From contig CBFFRP010000071.1 of assembly GCA_965644295.1 (NCBI GenBank), positions 1 through 64,000 on the forward strand: DNA of 64,000 nt, in the 5' to 3' direction. The notes beneath the pieces were generated by a model. The model saw nothing but the letters and a program-made list of their open reading frames with translations. It did not search any database and had not been told where the DNA came from. The stretch's first letter is position 1. The number at the start of each line of letters is the position of its first letter. The DNA is from Paraphysomonas bandaiensis. Taxonomy: Eukaryota; Protista; Chrysophyceae. Position numbers and translations under genes: made by a program. Positions 12,762-24,300 of this stretch are shown here, piece by piece.

Positions 12762-13634
12762 TCATAGATTATAGTTCCCACAGTGTATATCATATTCTCC
12801 ACTTGATCTAGGTATTAAATGAGGATCCGTCCCTGTCAAAAGGAGTACCGCTTCACATAGTTTCGATCGAAACGCAGCACATCCTTCCTCCGTATCATCT
12901 CCTTTCAAATGTCGATTACCAACGTTACACGACCTTCCTTTCAGAAACTCAACTAACACGGTTTTCACTAAGTCGCGAAGGTTAACTACTGGGCTATTGA
13001 GGCCTGCACCACTACTCTGACATAAGCATGACTCCACAAGCTCTAAGTTCGCTAGTCCCCATCGAACAGATTGGAGTTTAGTTTGGCAGTTGATGACAGA
13101 CCGCAGAGCATACAATTCTTTAATAATCACCTGATGATTTTCATCACGAGGTGAGTTATTTGTAGTCTCAGACTGCACATTGACTCCATCCGATTCTATA
13201 GATGGAGCACTCTTTGCATCAGTGGATCTGACTGCATTCAAATCACCCTTTTCCTTTCCCGTTGACTCATTTGTTGCGTCATTAGAGGTGTTTGCTGTGT
13301 CATTAGAGGTGTGTGCTGTGTGTGTATGTGGCGATAGAGTCTCCGAGGCCGTTACATGATCCCTGTGCATATCTCTATAATCAAACATACCACTGCGCTT
13401 CTTTCTGTAATCACCAGTAGCATGAAGAGGTCTTTCTTCATCCATATGACTCATATCAGCCTTTAATACACGCCCTAAATTAGTAATCTGTGAGCCTGTA
13501 TGTATACACTTCACAGGGTCCCCTCCGCCTCCCCGGCCCCGTCTGTTGGACCAGAACCAGTCATCAGGGACAGGGGTAATGGGTTTATTGGATGGGGTAT
13601 GTGGATGATGAGATGAAGAAGGGGAACCTTTCAT
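12762..13634 (-). CDS. Hypothetical protein, 290 aa, low-complexity N-terminus
   Basis: Long ATG-initiated ORF preceded by a (CATA)-rich leader like other genes here. No recognised domain. Confidence 0.6.
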   Translation of the reverse strand: MKGSPSSSHHPHTPSNKPITPVPDDWFWSNRRGRGGGGDPVKCIHTGSQITNLGRVLKADMSHMDEERPLHATGDYRKKRSGMFDYRDMHRDHVTASETLSPHTHTAHTSNDTANTSNDATNESTGKEKGDLNAVRSTDAKSAPSIESDGVNVQSETTNNSPRDENHQVIIKELYALRSVINCQTKLQSVRWGLANLELVESCLCQSSGAGLNSPVVNLRDLVKTVLVEFLKGRSCNVGNRHLKGDDTEEGCAAFRSKLCEAVLLLTGTDPHLIPRSSGEYDIHCGNYNL

Positions 13635-14252
13635 TGTTATGTGTATGTATGTATGTGTGTGTGCTCAGATCATATGCACGTATCTCTCTACTGCCTCCTC
13701 TCACTATACATACATACACAGCTATGAACTGGAGTAGGAATTCCTGTAGAGTATACATGTAGATATGTACTGTACAGTATCTATCAGTGCAAGATGCCCG
13801 ATCTAATAAAAAATCGCCCTTTTTCGTAGATTGTGCAATATATCGGTCATTAAAATACATAAAATCCGGGAGTTTTGGGCCTGATTGACATAATCGCACC
13901 ACTGACAGATAGTCTTTCCACACAGCAGCAGAATATGTCCGTATATATATACTGTACTGTAGCAACGGAAATGTGATTTTTTAATGTTTTTAAATATAAA
14001 AATTGCCTATTTCTATAAAAACTGTCCTTTATATCATCTCTTCAACAGCAGACGGTTGGATCTTCTGTATATGTATGTATGTATGTGTATGTATGTATGT
14101 GTGTATGTATACGCTGCTGCAGCATACCATACCACAGTGTAGCATCATACATACATACACGCCATATCATACATAACGTAAAGATCGATCCTCACGCATT
14201 GTCTATATACCAAACTATCCCTGTTTAACCAATCTACCAAACTATTATCACA

Positions 14253-16332
14253 ATGGAGGTAAGCTTATGACCGCATAGCATGCATGTCCCCGTGATGTCC
14301 CTCTATACACACACACACATACATACATACACTCCTCTCATATACATACTCAGACTATACTAGCGGGTGACATCGGAGGCACTAATTCACGATTTGATTT
14401 ATATCAAATTAACACAAATGAGCATCAAGAGCTCATCAGTGGGAAGAGGTGAGATGCTTCATAGGGTCCCTATAGGGTCCCAGTGGCTCATAGGGTCCTA
14501 CTGGCTCATATTGTCTCACAGGGCACCGGGAAAACTCATCTTTGAAAGACAATATATGAACTGTGACTTCCCCACTTTTAATGACGTTGTGAGGAGGTTT
14601 TTAGAGGAGTCTGGGATCTCGAAGCCTCCAATCACTGCGTGTTTGGCTGTAGCTGGTCCTGTGTATAACAACTCTGTTGAATTCACGAACAGAAAAGAGT
14701 GGAAAATTGTTGGAGAAGCTGTGGCAAGAACATTTGGTATTCGCACTGTTCGACTTATCAATGACTTTGTTGCTGTGGGATATGGTCTTCTAACTCTGAA
14801 TGAAGATACAGAGTGCATTACTCTACAGGTGAATCTCACTGTAGGAGTGCCTGCGGTATTCTTTTGAGTGTTAGCACTTCAAAAGCATTTGCTTTAAATC
14901 GGCAGTCTATTTTGCTTCTTCTTTAAGTGCATGACAAAATGTACTTTAGGCTGCCCCTAAACGGGAAGGTGCACCGATTGCTTGCATCGGAGCTGGCACC
15001 GGTCTGGGCGAGTGCTACTTGACCCCTAGCAATATGGGGCAATATGCCTGCTACCCCAGCGAAGGGGGACATACTGAATATGCCCCTCGCAGTGAGGTAA
15101 GGATATATATTCTGTTGTAGCTTGTTAAATATACGAGGAGATTGAGTATTGTGATACTTCCACGACTACCACGGGATCTGGTTATGCGTTATTATATCAG
15201 AATAGAGTGCGTAGTTTTTTCTGCTTTTGATATTCTGTTTTTGTTTTCAAGTTGGAGATTCGACTGTTGGGATATCTAATGAAGAAATTCAACGCTAATC
15301 ACCGTGTGTCTGTGGAGCGCGTGGTGTCGGGCACAGGGCTGTTCAATGTAGGGGAAGCGTTTAATGAGTTTCGATGTATATGTGTGATGGTATCGGCGTG
15401 TGTACAGGTGTACGAGTTTTTGTCTAAAGAAATGCCGGATAAAGTTGATCGTAACCTTCATCGTGAGGTAAGTGAGGGTTATTACGATATATTATGACAT
15501 TCTCTTCGATTGTGGAACATTTTCATCTTGCGTTTTCGCCTTATGAATGTGAATAAAACTTAGATACTGGATGCTGGTGATATGAAGGGGAAAATAATTG
15601 CAACCAATCAAGAGAACGAACTATGCCGTCTAACAATGGAGATATTTGCTGGAGTAAGTCGTAATTAGAATAAACATTGTTTAATTTGTGATATCATCGC
15701 GACAACTGTCGTACCTACTTAAACATTGAATTGTGTCGCTAACTGTTTACATGCAGGCCTATGGGTCTGAGGCGGGATGCGCCGGGCTAAAGTGGCTTCC
15801 CCAAGCAGGTTTTCGAGTGTTTTTGAGTTGAGTGCCCTGTGCGTTCTGATGTACATGTACGCAGGACTCTATATCACGGGTGGTTTGACCCCCAAGAATA
15901 TAGATCTTATTCGTCGAGAGGACGGTCCCTTCCTTCGTGCCTTCAAAGATAAGGTATGTCATTGACACGACGGATTGTAGATGTCTTTGTAGTTCGTGAA
16001 TTTTGAAATAGATTTTGGTGACTTCATATACGAGCAATTATTTCTTTTGAAATGTGCTTGAACAGGGACGTGTGAGCCACATGCTGAACTCTGTTCCAGT
16101 TTACGCAGTCATGGTCGAGGATATGGGACGTCGTGGAGCCCACCGCACAGCCTTCATTGACTTTCTGTCAGTGGAAGACATCAACATATTTAAGAGAAAT
16201 GTGGGAAGTCATGAGCATGTGGCAACTAACCTATCCAAGGCATCATCTGATTCCTGCGGAGGTTGCAATGCCAACCTTTGCTTGGCAGCTGCCATCTCTG
16301 CAGCCATGTTTATTTTCGCAAAGTATCGTTAA
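14253..16332 (+). CDS. glk: Glucokinase (bacterial-type Glk family), multi-exon
   Basis: Spliced product reads ME|TILAGDIGGTNSRF, ACLAVAGPV, LINDFVAVGYG, IGAGTGLGE..PSEGGH, RVSVERVVSGTGL, GLYITGG. Introns are GT-AG. Confidence 0.92.
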
Positions 16333-16923
16333 TATTCAAGTGAATGGAGATGAAATATTTCTAATTGAACTCCATGCGAAGTCATGGAGATGTTGTGTCA
16401 ATCGAGTATCGTTTACGATGCATTGATTTATTTCATTAAGAAGTCAAGTTGCAATTTCTTTCTGATGCAGTTTGATCAACGAAATAATAAAATACAGTAT
16501 ATTGTATTATTGATATGCACGAAGGCATGTGCATTCATATTCACTTCTTTACCATATGTCGTGTATATTAAAATGTCGCGAATATGTATTCAATTATTGA
16601 ACAGTAGCGAAGTCTTACAACATTCCACACATATATGAAAGTCTGATTATTACATGAGTACGGTTGCGTACAGAAACTAGTTTATGTCTATAGACTAGCT
16701 AATAACTAGATTTGCTATATACTACTAGTGGCGGACAACCGTGTTCCACACATAAACTAATCTGCACACTTGATGGTTGCAGCTCATTTTCAAATTAATA
16801 CAACAGTTACAAGTTACAATTATATTTTTGCTTCAAGCTGAACAATGAGTATTCCCAAATAGTGCACTCATGACTATGTATATACACCTGGCAAGTGAAA
16901 TATAGTACAGAACTTTCAGTAAC

Positions 16924-19005
16924 TTAATGCTTTTCACAAAATAACATTTCCTTGTATGTAGACAGGGTCCAAAGATGTGCAGGGCAGATTGCTTCGGCTT
17001 TGTCACACACTTCTCTTACAGATACCATTGTTTCTAAGCGAAGAGTTCTTGCAGCTGCAGCACGCTCATCAGAATGCCCGATCTGAAGAACATCATGCCT
17101 GGCCTTTTCCAGCGTTTCCAATGCCTGTTTAAGCTCATCGAGAGGCCCAACACCTGCAGTACGTATAGCAGGAATAACGTGTTGATTGATCATGTCAATC
17201 ATGCACCGCACTTCAATATCAACAACGCCAGTGTAGTTGTCAAACATTACTTCACTGCGGGCCACACACTCTTCTCGGGATAGAACTTTCATCTCCTCGA
17301 ATAAGTTCATGTTCTTTTCGTCCCTAAGTCGCTTCATGGCCTCGATTCCATTATCAATCTGCCAAAGCCCTTTGTCTACGAGCTCTTTTTGATTGTCCTT
17401 GTCGTACCCGTCCCCATTAAACACAATCTTCCAGTGCTCGTCAAGAGCTTTCTGAGCAACAGATCGTGGGGACTCACCAGCCTCAATTTGATCAGCAAAG
17501 TGCTTGAACGCATTAGCACATATCACTCCCAGAACTGTATTAACCATGGAGACGTTTTGAGAGGATCCAACAGCACGGAACTCAAAGCGGTGTCCACCAT
17601 AAGGAAAAGGTGAAGTCCTATTACGGTCTTCCGCTGGAAGAACTATGTCAGGTACAGTTTCGACACCGACACATGTTGGTTTCGGACGAGGATCATATGC
17701 TACATCTTCACCATCTTTGTACCCGGCGAGGTACGTCGTCATACTATCGCCCAGATACACTGACATGATAGACGGGGGAGCTTCACATGCACCCAAACGA
17801 AAGTCATTTCCAGGAGGAGCAATCGACATTCGCATCAAATCACCGTACTCATCTACTGCAGAGAGAACGGCAGCCATTACCACGGGGAAGATCTCAGAAG
17901 TCCCGGAGCGTGTTGCGAGCTGCTTTGGATCAAATAGATTCGTCCCATCATTCGCAGCAATGGACCAATTATTATGTTTACCAGAGCCGTTGACACCTGC
18001 GAAAGGCTTTTCCTGAATCAAGCAAGCAAGGTCGTATTGAGCAGCCACTTCCTCCATGATTTGCATTAGCATTATATTTTGATCGATCTGCGTAGTCACG
18101 AATCCGAAGTACGGAGCGAACTCGTATTGGCCTGGAGCGACCTCTCGATGTCGGGTGATAAGAGGGATACCCATAAGATACGCTTGTCGTTGAATCTCTT
18201 GCATACAGGCTAAAGGGGGAGAAGTAGCTGCAGGAGGGGCCATATAGTGATCACTCATATCTTGGCCTCTAGGAGCCGCGCGACCCATCACGGTGCGCCC
18301 AGCCATTTGCAAATCTGGTCGCTTTAGATATGCCGCACGAGGCACAAAGAAAAACTCCTGCTCAAGGCCAATATTGCATTGCAAAGACTCAACTTCATAC
18401 CCAAGGAGCCTTAACAGACGTACACCCTCACGAGACATAGCATCTACTGATCGAAGAAGCGGTGTCTTTTCATCAAGGGCATGGCCATTGTAAGAGATAA
18501 AACAAGATGGAATAAATATCGTATCTCCACGTAGAAATATAGGAGAGGTTGGGTCAATTATAACATATCCACCAGCTTTATGTGTAGATCGTAGACCTCC
18601 AGTAGGATAGGAGGACCCATCAGTTTGACCATATAGAAGATCATTACCAGAGAAATTCCATTCAAGGTTTCCTTTACTATCAAACTTAAACATTCTCATC
18701 TGTACTTGTGCAGAGTTCCCATGACGGACCATATTAGTCCCTAGAGGTTGAAACCAGTGACAAAACACTGAAGCTCCGTGATCACGAGCCCAATCAAGTA
18801 CTGCTGCTGCTACTAGATCAGTTGTTTCACCATCTTTTGTCCATTCAGAGGTGTTTATAGTGTCTCTATCGAGCCCATGGCGTTCAAGATATGGAGCTGC
18901 TACATCTCCTTTAAACAGATGTTTCCCGTATACTTTACTCATATCATCGATTTCAGATGGGACAGATGAAGTCCCTTTCATGAATTTCTTAATCATTGCT
19001 GTCAT
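16924..19005 (-). CDS. Glutamine synthetase type III
   Basis: Uninterrupted 693-aa ORF with FCHWFQPL, TDGSSYP.GGLRSTH, GLEQEFF, HREVAPGQYEFAP, EKPFAGVNGSGKHNNWS, DRNRTSPFPYGGHRFEFRAVGS. Confidence 0.95.
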   Translation of the reverse strand: MTAMIKKFMKGTSSVPSEIDDMSKVYGKHLFKGDVAAPYLERHGLDRDTINTSEWTKDGETTDLVAAAVLDWARDHGASVFCHWFQPLGTNMVRHGNSAQVQMRMFKFDSKGNLEWNFSGNDLLYGQTDGSSYPTGGLRSTHKAGGYVIIDPTSPIFLRGDTIFIPSCFISYNGHALDEKTPLLRSVDAMSREGVRLLRLLGYEVESLQCNIGLEQEFFFVPRAAYLKRPDLQMAGRTVMGRAAPRGQDMSDHYMAPPAATSPPLACMQEIQRQAYLMGIPLITRHREVAPGQYEFAPYFGFVTTQIDQNIMLMQIMEEVAAQYDLACLIQEKPFAGVNGSGKHNNWSIAANDGTNLFDPKQLATRSGTSEIFPVVMAAVLSAVDEYGDLMRMSIAPPGNDFRLGACEAPPSIMSVYLGDSMTTYLAGYKDGEDVAYDPRPKPTCVGVETVPDIVLPAEDRNRTSPFPYGGHRFEFRAVGSSQNVSMVNTVLGVICANAFKHFADQIEAGESPRSVAQKALDEHWKIVFNGDGYDKDNQKELVDKGLWQIDNGIEAMKRLRDEKNMNLFEEMKVLSREECVARSEVMFDNYTGVVDIEVRCMIDMINQHVIPAIRTAGVGPLDELKQALETLEKARHDVLQIGHSDERAAAARTLRLETMVSVREVCDKAEAICPAHLWTLSTYKEMLFCEKH

Positions 19006-20590
19006 GATAGTGTGTATGTATATATATCTGAGAGCTCTGTATAGTGTGTTGTTACATATGAATTATGACGTAAACATCCTACAGATCCCTCAATAAGGAT
19101 CCGAAGGAGTTGAATTAAATTCACTGACTCCACTTCATTTGATGAAGTTTCTTATTTTCCTATTGTTCCATATCCAATCAAGATATAATGATGGTGTTTT
19201 ATTGGATAGAGTGATGGATTATTTTAATCGGCTGGCGTGTGTTTGAATGTTCTCCAAGGCCAGAATGTCAATTGACCAATCAAATCGTCTTGAGTTGAAT
19301 TTATTGACAGAAGGACCAGCAGCCACAGTATGTGATCTATATCTGGATATGGCTTCGTACATCTCTACGTATCTATCCTCAGTGTACCTATCCACACAGT
19401 ACTTTAGTACATATATATCTCCAGACGTACACCAGTACAGCAGTACATTATCGGCCGTTGAGTGTCAGGTGAGCATCTCATGCATCTGTGTGCATGTATG
19501 TATGTATATATGTATCAGATGCACACATTCAAAGACCTTCTAAATCCTCATAAACACATGCGTTATAGTACTGATATGAGAGCATATCAGCCCCCCTTGT
19601 ATGAGGAAGTAACCCCCTTAGCAGCCCGTTAAGCCTGCAGCAGCTCATAGCAGCCACTCTCCTCTGATGATATCAATGAGGAGTGGGATCAATGAGGTAA
19701 TGCATAGATAACACTGCAGTTCTCATCTCATCATGAACTGGTCGGTTTGGGTCCCCGTAACTGCCAAATATGAATTAGAGACACGTGAAGTGAGCATCGT
19801 TCATACAGCGATATCGTACATTGCCGTTAGACCGCACATACTGTAGAAACAATCTAGAATATAGTCAGTACAGCCCAATCTGGTCAAGTTGTGTCTATAT
19901 CGCAGGTAATGTACATATGTGAGTTGAGTTATACAACTTGCTATAACTATTATTGATTCTCGACAAAATATAAAGATCGAACAATAATCGTTGCAATTGA
20001 TGTCCTATGCAATGTGTAATAGACATCTAAAAATGGCCGAATAATCGTGTACCGACTTCCTAGTAAAATTATGAAAAATAATTTGCACAGCTTTAAACTC
20101 TAAAAAACGTGTTTTCGTATAAACGTTCACTTTTGAGCATAAAAAAATATTATGCTACCAGAGCCGTTGAATGAGATAAACACTCATATAGACTGGACGT
20201 TCAATATACACCTAAAAACACAGGAACAGTGCTATATAAGAAAGCGAGCTAGAGTGAGTTATGTTGTTTACACTGCCTTTCTAAGTGTAGGGTACTCACT
20301 AACTAACATCTAGATATAGTGGTAAAGTAAATTAAGTTATCATCAAAAGCCTCTCTGTTTTACAGCATAATACATAATTAAAATCATATTCAATAGCGAA
20401 GATTTGAATAGAACATTGCTCCCGTTGAAACGTAGAACTGTATCTCCTCATTCTCTACAGTTGTGGTTATGACACATTTTCGTAAAATATAATTAGATCT
20501 TTCCAAAAAAGATTAACTCTTGTGAACTAGATGGGCAATTATCATAAAAGAGACACTAATAGTGTCGCTTGTATAAGGCGTCTTTTGGAC

Positions 20591-20769
20591 TTGACGAATA
20601 AAACAGGCATCACGGAATGAGCCCACCTCAAGGGCATCTGGGGTATTAGGCTGCCCACTGAAGTCAAGTATCCGGGATAGTTCATCTTAAGGATAGAGAG
20701 AAAAAGTTGTTGCAACTTGGTGAGTGCGGAGACGCACAAGCAGCTTTCGTAGCGCTAAATAGTAGGATA
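20591..20769 (+). mobile_element. SINE-like or non-LTR 3'-end repeat, copy 1
   Basis: Colinear similarity to the reverse complement of 52281-52496, for example CCCACCTCAAGGGCATC, GACGCACAAGCAGCTT and TAAATAGTAGGATA. Confidence 0.6.
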
Positions 20770-21304
20770 TCAGAGTTAAGCACTACCTAGGTAAAAGAAT
20801 TTGCTACATAGCTTCTGACTCTTACACGCTTATTGTCAATAATTAGACATTCACTACTGGACATTTATTAACTGAGTTATGACTTGAATGCTAACACTTA
20901 CGCCAAACTATATCTCAATTCTAATAACATCTCTTCAGTTTCTAGAGCCAGTGTCTTATTGCTACTACGTTATATTCCTTCGTATTTTCGTATATTACAT
21001 CTGTATTAACCATAATTTGCTGTACACCACAGCACGTTGTCCACACACATACGCGTATAGCGCAATAAGTACTATATGTATAATCGTATCATGGTTTCAT
21101 GTGCTTCTAACTTTCGCTGCTGATATGCATAAATAATATTTTGATCTTTTTATCATATAATGCTGAAAGAATTAACTGATAGAGATTGCAACTACATAGT
21201 ATTTAATGGTATTACTGATTATTTATTGGTGTACCTTTCATGTTTTACTACCTACTACTTACTTCCCCTCAGTATTAAGCTGTTCAGGCAAGCGTATCAA
21301 CACA

Positions 21305-24300
21305 CTAGAGCACATCCATCACTGACACAACTCCAGCAAGTACCCACTTAGCGGGATCTACTTTGCTTCTTAACTGCATTGAGAACACATAAGTTGGCCC
21401 TCTCTGCTGCGTTTTGTACACTGGGCACTGGAATACGTTATTGTCAAACCGGTCAATCATAGCTGGTCGAATATTAATAACAGGCAGCGTACAATACATC
21501 TCCCGAGGCTTGCTGGACTCCACCGCACCCACTTGAACGTTCCACGACGCACCTTCTAAGAACAGCCCAGTTATGTAAGTGCCATCTTTTGCAGCAGAGG
21601 TCATTTCCTCAGCAGCTAACTTCTTCGTCATATCAGTGAGCAGAGTGAGTTTATCAAGCTCCAAGCCATTCGCCTGAGCCGCTGCCTGCATAACTGCGGT
21701 CAAGAAAGATTGGGGATTGAAAAGACCGGAAATCCATGTCACGACCGGTGTGTCACTAGGATTGCCTGACCATTCCGTCACCTGGGCAATTCTGTTCTGT
21801 AAATCAGCAAGCCAGGAAGACAAGGACCGCATCGATGGGTAAGCAAGGTTTTCCCAAAATCTCGGCACCCTATCCAAGAACAGCGCATTCGACAACTCCT
21901 CCATTGTATCGGACATCGAAAGCTCACCCTTGAAACCCAGATCCAACTCGATGAGCGAGCGCACAATCTCTGAAAGAAGTACATTAGTCCGTTCACATTC
22001 CTGAAGAACAACATTCTGGAATGGCCCGATTTCATCGATACTTTGGGCGATTCCCTCTAGATCGAACTGTGTATCCCTGAACATCTCCAAAATATCCTGC
22101 AGCACAACCTCCGCTACCATCTGACTGTTCTGAGCATCTCCACCGACACTATCATCCGACGCAGATAGCTCCAGAATCATACGCAAAAGCTCTTCTGACA
22201 TTTGCGTGCGGAAACCAATTTCTGCATTTGGATGCAAGCCGAAGGCAACTGGAGTCTCGGTCTTAAGTGAATCGTCAATATGATCCACAACCTTACTGTA
22301 GGTGAGGCTTGTTGAGGGGGCTCGAAACGTATCCCCAACATCTCTATCAAGAAATGGATATAAAACCATTTCATCAAGCAGATCCTCCTTCATATAAAAT
22401 TCCAAATACGTAGTCGCCAGCAGACGATCAAAATCATTCACAATATGACCGCCATACATAATATCCCCAAACAGATATCTCAAGTCATCCCAAGGAACTT
22501 TCTGCGGTGCACTTTCCATGTAGTTTTTGAGTACCGTAGCAGAGCAAACCAAGTCACCAGTGGAAAACGGATACATCATGTTGTACCCCTTGGCACCAAA
22601 CTTCTTCCTCTCTACTAAAACCGCGTGGAATTGGCACAGACCAAAGAGAATACCTTTGCTCCTGGGTTCGAGCTCCTCATACATTTCTTTAGAAAAACAC
22701 GCGAAGGCCTGCTTGAGATTCGCTTTAAGGCCCGACGGTGGGTCAGATGTAATTTTGATTGAGCGTTCGAGAATTGAGACTGGAATAGACACAGATGGGT
22801 CCGATGAAAGCATCACTCGGAAATCAGCATGAGTGCCCGATACTGCATAGCCCTCCAGTTTCTTCTCAAGGGTGTTAAGCCAGCGAGGCATTAGATGAAC
22901 GTTGTCAAGGAATACCCAGTGGCCCTGCCGGTGGCCGAGTTCTAGTTTCTCCTCTGCAATAACATCTTGTCCCTGACCAAGGGAAATGTTGTGATAGTCC
23001 ACTCCTTTCACTTTGCCATACTTTGCGGCCAATTTGTCTACATCAGAAACCACATCTGCTCCGGGTGAGAGAATGAAGTACAAAGTAATAACAGGTGAGG
23101 AATCCTCAAAGCTTTGCTCAAGCACCTGAAAACTATTAAGCTGAGAATCACACTCAACATAATCTTTCCCTTTCGGAATAATATCTCTAATAAAATTCGT
23201 CAACGCAGCCGTCATTCTGTCCGGACGGAGTGTACGAACGGCAAGGAGTTTCTTGAAAGGATTCTTATCGAGTTCTCTCCAATCAAGTGGTAGTTTTTCA
23301 CTTTCTGGATTGTAATGTTGATACCATTCCAAAAATCTTGGACCATTGTCTTCCACATCTCCGGCAAAACGCTCAAATCCTTCTATCGTCGACAGGGCCT
23401 TAACTCCAGCCCACATACTGTCATTCATCCAGGAAACGGGGCTAGATCCCTCAAAGGTAGTTCGAGGACCAAGAAGCAAATAGCGCATACCTTCTGCAGT
23501 GTATCCCGAGTCATCTCCCATCATACCTTGTTGCATCAAACTGAACGTAAGCTGAACCAAGAATATTAGACGATGCTTTTCAAAAAGGCCTCGCACAACC
23601 CACTTGAACACAGTCCACCGTAGAGTCATTTGAAGGTTGTCTACCCTCTTTTTTTTATCACTGGCAGATGGCGAATTTTGAAGTGCCTTGAGGAAAAACT
23701 TCGTGAAGCTGTCAAGTGAAAACTGGTACATATGGTCCACGTTGCACAATTGTAGCATCACAAAATACAACAGTGACGCTTCCATTGCAACCGTTCTGTA
23801 GACCTCACGTGCATCATTGATTCCGATCTCAGTCACTCGTCCTTTTTTCACAGCCTCGTTAATTTCACTCGCAGTTTCTTTGGTAGCTTCAAGGCCTTCG
23901 ATCAATGGGATATCACTTAATATATCCTCAGGTGCATTGGCCAGCCTCTCGAGTAGGGTATCCTCCAAATCTTTCAATTGGACTTTATAATTATTAAATG
24001 CCTTAACCAGGTCATTACGAGTCTGTTCCAACTGTGGCTCCTCTTCAGACACAATGGTAGCAAGTAACTGGTCCTCCAACCCCTTCTTTGTAACAATAAA
24101 GTTGATTAGAGTGCACTGAGCAGCAATCTCGGGTTTATAGTGCGGGTTATTGTACTTAGTCTGAAGGTACAGCCTAAAATTACTGTCGTACTCGACATCC
24201 TCTTCACCAATTTTAATGAAGAGTGTTTTACCCTTTCGGTACACTGCTTTACTGAGCACAGGGTCAAGCGATGAGTCAAGCGAATCTCCCACATTCTCAA

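Noticed and set aside
14253-19005. Bacterial-type glucokinase and intronless GSIII as a recent horizontal transfer
   Set aside because: Both families are established in stramenopiles, the glucokinase has many spliceosomal introns, and composition matches host genes.
19650-19690. CTGATGA in a hairpin, a possible hammerhead ribozyme or C/D snoRNA
   Set aside because: No correctly placed GAAA with stems II/III, and no D box with a terminal stem, could be found.
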